12,921 nt of DNA from Octopus sinensis (GCF_006345805.1 NW_021826384.1:1-12921); one strand, 5' to 3'; shown: positions 1 through 7,277, counted from the stretch's first letter. Notes: generated by a model from the sequence alone, not told the origin. Translations and numbers: made by a program.

Positions 1-190
1 CCACCAGCAACAGAGTTACCACCTCAGCAACAGCAGTACTACGATCACCGCTGCCGCCAACTCCACCACTAAGCCCCACAACTACCACCACCAACGGCGC
101 CACATTCATCAATACCACTAACACCGCCAGCATCAGCACCACCGCCACTAACCCCATTATTACCATCAACATCCCCCCACCACCAGTAAA
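1..190. repeat. Degenerate (ACC/CAC/CAG)n trinucleotide low-complexity tract
   Basis: Recurrent accacc, ccacta and cagca triplets throughout; no recognisable protein. Confidence 0.75.
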
Positions 191-321
191 TACTGGCTCA
201 ATAAAGTGAGGAGAACTAAGACCATTGTAAAAAAAAACTATGTTGATTGGGACTTCTAAGTTTCACCTGGCGATTTATTCAAGCAAAGTATATACAAATA
301 CCTTTCAACACGAAGTTTACA

Positions 322-498
322 GTACACACACACACATACAAACATATATACATATATATATACATACATACCTGCCTATATATGGATGTATATGTGCATA
401 TGTGTATGTATATATATATATACACATACATATATGCACATATGCATACATATATACACATATACACACACACATATATATATGTATAATTTTATTTA

Positions 499-560
<62 letters not shown>

Positions 561-615
561 GTATGTATATATATATATAAACAAACAGATACATATATTG
601 CAAAGATATATATAT
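322..615. repeat. Compound (CA)n/(TACA)n/(TA)n microsatellite
   Basis: Directly visible; long near-pure (TA)n at ~502-580. Confidence 0.95.
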
Positions 616-772
616 GAAAAAACAAGTCAGGATAGAAAATGCTAAAATAATTTTATAAAGAACATTTCAGTACCGGTTTCAGTCATTGAGCCTTTTTCAA
701 CAGTAACAATTAAATAATTAAATTTAGAAAAATTAAAAGAAAGTTTTTTAAAAGAATATTTGTATAGTGTTC
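616..772 (-). mobile_element. Short AT-rich element (family A) carrying a hammerhead-like motif, putative Penelope-like derivative
   Basis: Non-repetitive island bounded by (TA)n on both sides. It contains minus-strand UUGAAAA...GAAACCGGUA, and its minus-strand 3' end reads TTTTTTCATATATAT. Confidence 0.4.
664..707 (-). ncRNA. Degenerate type I hammerhead-like motif with U3-A8 core variant
   Basis: Minus strand: GUUACUG-UUGAAAA-A-GGCUCAAUGACU-GAA-ACCGGU-A-CUGAAAU. Stem III (ACCGGU) is palindromic; stems I and II are imperfect. Confidence 0.4.

Positions 773-813
<41 letters not shown>
773..813. repeat. (TA)n microsatellite
   Basis: Directly visible. Confidence 0.95.
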
Positions 814-817
<4 letters not shown>

Positions 818-920
818 ATCCAAACAAGAAAGCACAAAAAAACACAACAACGCGAGGACGTGGAACAAATTAGTATTATTGGACGCTCAGGAAAGAAGGA
901 AAGAAGGAGGGTTTAACGTT

Positions 921-924
<4 letters not shown>
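811..924 (-). mobile_element. Family B short element, copy B1, truncated inside its hammerhead (only UC-GAA-ACGU-U-AAAC remains)
   Basis: Aligns closely by eye with 5412-5529 (atagttaatccaaac...acaacaacgcgagg.cgtggaacaa...cgctcag.aa...tttaacgtt.cga). Flanked by (TA)n on both sides. Confidence 0.8.

Positions 925-954
<30 letters not shown>
924..954. repeat. (TA)n microsatellite
   Basis: Directly visible. Confidence 0.95.
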
Positions 955-957
<3 letters not shown>

Positions 958-1470
958 ACATTTTCTAAGAAGAGGGCTTCTGTGAAAGCAAAATGGAAAA
1001 GCGATTGACTTATTCATGTTGAAAACTACAGGAATATACTAAGAACGAATATGTACATAAATGCTTGTTTTACGTACATGTACATATCATTTATACACTC
1101 ACATACATATGTATGCATCTGTCTGTTTGTCTGCCTGTCTATCTCTCGCTCTATGCATTTAATATAGGTAGGTATAATCGAAGCTGTGTCCTCTTGAATG
1201 ACATTCGCTTTTTCCATTATTGCAATCCAGTTGTTGTAGTTGTATTAGATGAAGTACATATTAGAATTGAAAATTCTATTAATATTGTTTGCAGAGTTAT
1301 TATGTAAAAAAAACAGGAAGCTGGAAATATATTGTAGTACTATTTATTAATAAATAATATCAAAATATTATTTTAGCTTCCTGATTTATTGGAACAGTCA
1401 TGTAGATGTGGCGATAAACATTACTTCTCAGTATACCTACTACTTTCATCTCTTATAGAGATTTTCAAAC

Positions 1471-1530
1471 TAGTTGTTTTGCTTTATGTCGCTTAGTTAT
1501 CAGTTATTTTGCTGATTGTCGCTTAGTTTT
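1471..1530. repeat. Two-copy 30-bp tandem duplication
   Basis: tagttgttttgctttatgtcgcttagttat followed by cagttattttgctgattgtcgcttagtttt. Confidence 0.7.
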
Positions 1531-1531
1531 C

Positions 1532-1684
1532 TATATATTGCAAGCTGAAGCGAATTACTGCTATCTGTAGCGGGTGGGTGTCCACCACTGAGGATCGGCA
1601 CAAATAGCCCGAAACCGTACGGTCTGGTGATCCCGTCATCTGTTAAAGAATGATGGGGGTTAATTCGTCTCTTTGCAATATATA
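1532..1684 (+). mobile_element. Family C short hammerhead-bearing element with inverted termini
   Basis: Contains the hammerhead at 1583-1629. The ends are complementary (tatatattgcaa 1532-1543 / ttgcaatatata 1673-1684; cgaatta 1551-1557 / taattcg 1661-1667). The true 5' boundary may lie further upstream. Confidence 0.55.
1583..1629 (+). ncRNA. Type I hammerhead ribozyme motif
   Basis: CACCA (stem I) - CUGAGGA (core) - U - CGGC ACAAAUA GCCC (stem II) - GAA - ACCGUACGGU (palindromic stem III) - C (cleavage after GUC, 1624) - UGGUG (stem I'). Confidence 0.85.
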
Positions 1685-1688
1685 TCGG

Positions 1689-1906
1689 GTGAAAGGCGGC
1701 GAGCTGGCAGAAACGTTAGCACGCCGGACGAAATGCTTAGCAGTATTTCGTCCGTCTTTATGCTCTGTGTTCAAATTCCGCCAAGGTCGACTTTACCTTT
1801 CATCCTTACGGAGACGATAAATTAAGCACCAGTTGCGTACTGGGGTCGATCTAATCGACTGGCCTCCTCTCCCCAAATTTCGGACCTTGTGCCTAGATTA
1901 GAAAAT
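1689..1906 (+). mobile_element. tRNA-derived SINE, near full length, with 11-bp target-site duplication
   Basis: A-box-like TGGCAGAAACG (1705-1715) and B-box GTTCAAATTCC (1769-1779). Central cctttcatcc...gataaattaagcaccag segment resembles the conserved central domain of widespread animal SINEs (recalled). Direct repeat atatatatcgg at 1678-1688 and 1907-1917. Confidence 0.85.
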
Positions 1907-1918
1907 ATATATATCGGA

Positions 1919-2600
1919 TGCAGAATGCATTCTCGTTTGAAAAAAAACATAGCATCCTCGGTTGGAGGGGATGCTTGAGTTTGTTCAAAAGTTTTATAGC
2001 GCGGTTTTTCTTCTTGTCCTATAGCGCGGTTTTTCTTCTTGTCCTATAGCGCGGTTTTTCTTCTTGTCCTATAGCGCGGTTTTTCTTCTTGTCCTAAAGC
2101 GCGGTTTTTCTTCTTGTCCTATAGCGCGGTTTTTCTTCTTGTCCTATAGCGCGGTTTTTCTTCTTGTCCTTGATGGCTTGGGATAAAAAATTGTCCCTTT
2201 CTCATCATGTATGAAGAATTCCGAATGTCTTCTTGCACTACTTGCCTGATAAGAAACTCAAACACTCCCATGTTCCTGGCGATGAACCTGATTAACTTAG
2301 AGGGATCGTTGTCAATCATGGACTGGATTTCACCAACAAATCCAGTTCTTTTCTTATCAGAATGATTAGAGTGAGATTTTGGAGCTGCCGTACCTTCGTA
2401 ATCACCATTAGATTCAACCAACTCTTTCCGATTCCTCTGCACTGTCCTCAGACTGACACTCAAACACTCTGGAATGTTCGTATTGGGCCTGACGCAAATG
2501 CTAAATAGTACAGCATATCGTTTCCAAATTTCTAGCAGAGGGAATTGCGTCATGGTGCTGTTTTTCTCACAGACGGTTTCCAACTGACCCTACTATACTG
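1919..2600 (-). pseudogene. Decayed Tc1/mariner-superfamily transposase, 5' half (DD37D maT/mori-like, tentative)
   Basis: Minus-strand translation gives an HTH-like N-terminus (LSVSLRTVQRNRKELVES...IDNDPSKLIRFIARNMGV...IRQVVQEDIR.SSY..RKGQF). After a +1 frameshift it continues LSQAIKDKKKNRAIKLLNKLKHPLQPRMLCFFSNENAFC, matching the W/F-FSDEK-F first-aspartate motif with D>N. The rest of the catalytic domain is absent. Confidence 0.8.
1995..2169. repeat. Minisatellite, 7 x 25 bp (tatagcgcggtttttcttcttgtcc)
   Basis: Units start at 1995, 2020, 2045, 2070, 2095, 2120 and 2145. Only unit 5 differs (taaagc). Confidence 0.97.
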
Positions 2601-2829
2601 AGCAGGGTTTCGGAAGCGCATACTATAGGAGTTACAGAGTGCTGATCCATGTGGTCTCGCAGTTACCATCTAACTAGGAATATTAGGGTCTCATCCATTG
2701 TCTTGTATTCAAGATCCTCTGTATGATATTATGCTAGTTCAAAGCCAGGAATCTGATCTGCTAGGTCCTGCCGATAACTAAATCCATTCCCTGCTGCTGA
2801 CGCTTCGATATATTTTCGTTAAGGTTTTG

Positions 2830-3085
2830 TCTGTCTCCTACCCTTCGACCTGTCTGGCCTGGTAAGACCTGCCTGAAGATTTTTCTCCTTCCAGCATAGC
2901 TTTCCGGGTCAATGGAGCACACAGGCACTTCACCAGTACAAGGTACTTGTTGAATTGGCTGTTGACTACACAGTAGTTATTCTGCCCTTTGACGGGTCTT
3001 ATTTTTCGTCTCGCGGGGTATCCAACAATCACCATCCTCACCAAGCAAGCTTGATGGTGTTGCCAGTTTAGTCGCCGACGACCTA
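2830..3085 (-). mobile_element. Probable 5' UTR region of an RTE/Expander-type LINE, degenerate
   Basis: Minus-strand motif series ccttgt..tggtgaag..cc.gtgtgctcca.tgaccc..aaagctatgctgg ... gg.aggtcttacca.gccagacaggtcgaaggg resembles recalled RTE-clade 5' UTRs. No ORF2 is recognised and the boundaries are approximate. Confidence 0.45.
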
Positions 3086-3196
3086 GATAGATATGCGGTG
3101 TAGTCGACAAAATCAAAAACAAACGATGCGTATGCACGAAATAAAAAATATGAAATGGCGACAATTTAACCATCACCCCTGTACACTTTCTGTACG

Positions 3197-3201
3197 CACA
3201 C

Positions 3202-3242
<41 letters not shown>

Positions 3243-3280
3243 GATCCCCCCCCCACCCCCACACATTTACCCCCCCCATA
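3197..3280. repeat. (CA)n followed by poly-C runs
   Basis: Directly visible. Confidence 0.9.
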
Positions 3281-3390
3281 TATAGATTGAACCACAAACG
3301 TGGCACACATACTAAATAGAAACCGGTTTATTTACAGATTGTAATAGAATTGATTGATTGAAGAACTCTAATTAAGAAACCATTCATTTA

Positions 3391-3538
3391 TTTCAGTCAT
3401 TTGACTGGGGCCATGCAGCGGCACCTTCTAGAAGGGGTTTTAGTCGAATGAATCGGCCCCAGGATTTATTTCTGAAGCCTTGTAGTTAATATATCTGTCT
3501 ATGTTGCCGAACCGCTAACTTGCTGGGACATCGCTAAA
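3391..3538 (-). mobile_element. 3' half (tail) of an octopus-type bipartite SINE
   Basis: The reverse complement ends ggtgccgctgcatggccccagtcaaatgactgaaa, homologous to the tail at ~4037-4072 (ggtgctccagcatggccgcagtcaagttactgaaa). It also contains ctgggg.cgatt..ttcgacta, as in 1840-1860. Confidence 0.75.
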
Positions 3539-3540
3539 CA

Positions 3541-3717
3541 CTAAACTTCTTTTATTTTCTCTCTCTGTTTATTTCATCGTGTTCCTTTCTGCTGAAGAGC
3601 GTAGGCTCGAAACGTAAAAGACTTTCTCACTTCCTGAGCGTTAAACTAATACGTCTGCTTGTTGTTTACACACACCGTCTTCGTTTTTGTTTTTTTTGTT
3701 TTGTTGTAAATTCCAAC

Positions 3718-3720
<3 letters not shown>
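3541..3720 (+). mobile_element. Family B short element, divergent copy B3, with hammerhead
   Basis: Shares with B1/B2 (opposite strand) the GAGC-loop-GCTC-GAAACGT motif, ttcctgagcg, and the terminal AACTAT running into (AT)n. Confidence 0.7.
3585..3620 (+). ncRNA. Minimal type I hammerhead variant (A6C core, extra A)
   Basis: CUUU - CUGCUGA - A - GAGC GUAG GCUC - GAA - ACGU - A (cleavage after 3616) - AAAG. Stems I and II are perfect; stem III is a loopless palindrome. Confidence 0.7.
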
Positions 3721-3763
<43 letters not shown>

Positions 3764-3792
3764 ATATATATATAATATATATTATATATATA

Positions 3793-3846
<54 letters not shown>

Positions 3847-3862
3847 ATATATATATATATAT
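3718..3862. repeat. Interrupted (TA)n microsatellite
   Basis: Directly visible. Confidence 0.95.
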
Positions 3863-4092
3863 GTGGAGGCGCAATGGCCTAGTGGTTAGGGCAGCGGACT
3901 TGCGGTCGGAGGATCGCGGTTTCGATTCCCAGACCGGGCGTTGTGTGTGTTTATTGAGCGAAAAAACACCTAAAAGCTCCACGAGGCTCCGGCAGGAGGT
4001 GGTGATCCCTGCTGTACTCTTTACCACTCTAAAAGGCGGTGCTCCAGCATGGCCGCAGTCAAGTTACTGAAACAAGTACAAAAAAAAAAAAA
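3862..4092 (+). mobile_element. tRNA(Arg-like)-derived SINE with A-rich tail
   Basis: A-box TGGCCTAGTGG (3875-3885), B-box-like GGTTTCGATTCC (3918-3929), and a tRNA-like gcggact.gcggtcggaggatc anticodon/variable region. The 3' tail ggcggtgctccagcatggccgcagtc...actgaaacaagt is followed by an A13 run. Confidence 0.85.
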
Positions 4093-4262
4093 TATACGAG
4101 ACAGGCTTCTTTCCGTTTCGCTCTATCAAATCCACTAACAATACTTTGGTCGGCCTGCGTTTATAGTTCAAGGCACTCGCCCCAGTAGATATACAGTGGG
4201 ACTGAACCCGGAACCATGTGGTTGGGAAGCAAACTTCTTACCATACAGCCACGCCTGCGCCT
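4092..4262 (-). mobile_element. 5' half (tRNA-derived head and body) of an octopus-type bipartite SINE
   Basis: Minus strand aggcgcaggcgTGGCTGTATGGtaagaag...ccgGGTTCAGTCCCactg (A and B boxes). Its body is homologous to 11231-11341. Confidence 0.85.
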
Positions 4263-4452
4263 ACGTACATACACACATACATACATACATACATACATAC
4301 ATACATACATACATACATACAAGTGTGTGTGTGTCTGTGTATACTACATTGAATGAATGTGGCAAGGATACCTTGTGCGAAATTCTATCTTCATCCCCAT
4401 CATCTTCATCGCCACATCATCATCTTCATCATCATCATCATCACCATCATCG
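4263..4452. repeat. (TACA)n, (TG)n and (CAT)n microsatellites
   Basis: Directly visible at ~4263-4340 and ~4385-4452. Confidence 0.9.
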
Positions 4453-4774
4453 CCATTGTCAATGTATAACACTACATTTGAGGCCTTTCAAACAACCTAA
4501 CGCAGTTGTGAAAAGAACGTGTTTCACGTCAGGTCGTTTAGGACACCTGCAAAGTGTAATTACGTAATTATGACACGGTTTCACAAAACAATTCGTAGAA
4601 CCAGATAAAACCAGATTGATTCTATTATATTATACTAGATTATACCGTATTAAACTATATTAAACTCTACCAGCTTGGTGGTATGTGGCTTCGCATAGTA
4701 TGTATGCAAAAACACATATTTGTTTTATGTACATATTTACCTATAAACAATGTCATACATAAACATACCTAAGT

Positions 4775-5036
4775 ACACACGCACTCACACACACACACAC
4801 ATACACACACGCGCGCACACACACACCCATGTATATTGATTTTATTTCAAATATTCATAGAACACATTTGTGGTAAACGAATTAGGATGTGTCATAAGAA
4901 TCGCATACGTGAATATTGCCTTTGTCTCTTTCTCACACAAATTGCACCCTCTTTCGTGTATGTATGCAAATAGTTGTGTATGTGTATGTATGTATGTATG
5001 TATGTATGTATGTATGTATGTACGTACGTATGTATG

Positions 5037-5073
<37 letters not shown>

Positions 5074-5228
5074 AGGTATTTATTTATATAGGTAACGTAT
5101 TAACGTATGATATATGTATGAATCGATACATGTATGTACATATGTATATATGTATGCATGTATGGATTTACGTATGTATGTATGTATGTATGAATGTATG
5201 ATGTATGCATGCATGTATATATATATAG
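4775..5228. repeat. (CA)n, (TATG)n and (TA)n microsatellite cluster
   Basis: Directly visible at ~4775-4828, ~4975-5070 and ~5110-5228, with short unique spacers. Confidence 0.85.
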
Positions 5229-5284
5229 TACGTTTAAATATTTGTTGTGCAAGATTTTTTATGTGAAGTCGTGTGGTGAAACAA

Positions 5285-5405
5285 ATATTGTTATATTTCG
5301 GAATGGTCATTTTGCCAGTTTAGCCAATAAATAACACCAAATATATAGTGCGTGTGTTTTTATTGGCTAAACTGGCAAAATGACCATTCCGAAATATAAC
5401 AATAT
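5285..5405. repeat. Perfect 47-bp inverted repeat with 27-bp spacer
   Basis: 5285-5331 atattgttatatttcggaatggtcattttgccagtttagccaataaa is the exact reverse complement of 5359-5405. Confidence 0.97.
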
Positions 5406-5411
5406 ATATAA

Positions 5412-5619
5412 ATAGTTAATCCAAACATGAAAACACAAATAGAAAACACAACAACGCGAGGGCGTGGAACAAGTATAGTGTTATTGGTCGCTCAGAAAGG
5501 AAAGAAAGAACGAGGATTTAACGTTACGAGCGGAGCTCTTCGTCAGAAACATAGGAAAAGGAAAGATCCAAGGAAGGGAAGATGGTGGAAAAATTCGCCA
5601 ACGATACACACGCGGTCAG
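5412..5619 (-). mobile_element. Family B short element, copy B2 (longest)
   Basis: Homologous to 811-924 and bounded by atatatata and gatatatat. Confidence 0.8.
5516..5550 (-). ncRNA. Minimal type I hammerhead motif, probably inactivated (GAA>GUA)
   Basis: Minus strand: GUUU - CUGACGA - A - GAGC UCC GCUC - GUA - ACGU - U - AAAU. Confidence 0.7.
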
Positions 5620-5940
5620 ATATATATGTACGTATGTATGTATGTATGTATGTATGTATGTATGTATGTATGTATGTATGTATGTATGTATGTATGTATG
5701 TATACATGCATGCATGCATGTATGTATGTATGTATACATGTATGTATGTATTTATGTATATATGTATATATGCATGCGCATATGTATGTATGAGTGTATG
5801 TAATGTATTACGTATATATATGTATGCGTTTATAGATATATGTATAACTATATATTTCTATATTTATGCATCTCTCACTCTATATATATACATATATGTA
5901 CGTGTAAGTATATGTGTATGTATGTATGTGTTTATGTAGA
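5620..5940. repeat. (TATG)n and degenerate TA/TG microsatellite
   Basis: Directly visible. Confidence 0.95.
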
Positions 5941-6099
5941 AATGTGTGTGTATTTTGTGGGGGAGTGTGGCTGTATTTGGTGATTGTGGTGGGGACGGGG
6001 TCGGCGTATTTTTTCCTCGTTGATTTTCTCAACCAATAATATCCATTTGTGTGCTAACGTTTCTAAATCTAGTTCTTGTTGACATTATATCACATTGAC

Positions 6100-6113
6100 A
6101 ATGGCGATGATGG

Positions 6114-6145
<32 letters not shown>

Positions 6146-6278
6146 GTGGCGATGAAGATGATGGGGATGAAGAAGATGATGATGATGATGATGATAATGA
6201 TGAGAAAGATGGTGATGATGGTGGTGGTGGTGATGGTGATGAGGATGAAAATGACAATGAAGTTGGTGGTGGTGGTGG

Positions 6279-6314
<36 letters not shown>

Positions 6315-6485
6315 CGATGATGATGATGATGATGATGATTATGGTGATGATGATGGTGGCGATGAAGATGATGGGCATGAAAAAGATGATGATGATGATA
6401 ATAATGATGAGAAAGATGGTGATGATGATGATGATGGTGATGGTGATGAAGATGAAAATGACAATGAAGTTGGTGGTGGGGGTGG

Positions 6486-6536
<51 letters not shown>

Positions 6537-6986
6537 CGACGACGCCGACGACGACGATGGTGATGATGATGATGATTATGGTGATGATGATTATGGTGAT
6601 GATGATTATAGTGATGATGATGGTGGTGGTAACGGTCGTGATGGTGCTGCTGATGTAGATGATCATGATGATAATGATGATGATAATGATGGTGACGGCT
6701 ATTGAGGTGTTTGCAATTACGATAGTAATTATGTCACCTTCAATTATGCTGATGGCGACGGTGGTGACGATGATGATGACGACAACGTTGATGACGATGA
6801 TGATGATGATCAATATGATGACGAGGATGAGATAAAATTGTCATCTTCAAAGCTGCTGCTGCTGATGACAATGTAATCGTTGACGGGCGGCATTGAGGAT
6901 GGTGGTGACAGTGGATAGTGTTGCTGCTGTTGCTGATGCTGATGCTGTTTGTGATGATGATGGCAGAGGTGGTGATGGTGATGACG

Positions 6987-7017
<31 letters not shown>

Positions 7018-7020
7018 GAA
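6100..7020. repeat. Complex (GAT)n/(GGT)n/(GAC)n trinucleotide array with an internal ~207-210-bp tandem duplication
   Basis: Marker motifs recur: ggtggcgatgaagatgatggg at 6145 and 6355; gaaaatgacaatgaagttggtggtgg at 6247 and 6454. Confidence 0.9.
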
Positions 7021-7104
7021 TACTGATAATTAAGTTCACCTTCTTTGCGATGCCTTGTAATTAATAAGAAAATATCGTGCTTAGCATCGTGGCATCACCA
7101 CTAC

Positions 7105-7246
7105 CACCACTACAACCACCACCACTACCCCAGTACCACACCACCACCGCAATCATCATCATCATCATCATCATTAGCATCATCATCATCATCATCATCA
7201 TCATTAGCATCATCATCATCATCATCATCATCATCGTCAGCATCAT

Positions 7247-7277
<31 letters not shown>

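Noticed and set aside
1026-1307. ORFs on both strands in a semi-unique stretch
   Set aside because: Partly microsatellite-derived, with no recognisable motif.
1995-2169. CRISPR-like array
   Set aside because: The units are directly adjacent with no spacers, the context is eukaryotic, and the unit is transposase sequence.
3311-3333. Near-palindrome taaatagaaaccggtttattta resembling a hammerhead 3' half
   Set aside because: There is no upstream CUGANGA-like core or stem II.
3865-3935. tRNA gene
   Set aside because: No proper acceptor stem and an extra T in the B box; it continues into a SINE body and tail.
6076-6705. Poly-Asp ORF as a real acidic protein gene
   Set aside because: Non-ATG start, overlapping equally open frames on both strands, and similar GAT tracts elsewhere (6740-7020, 12660-12740). 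It is kept only as a low-interest check.
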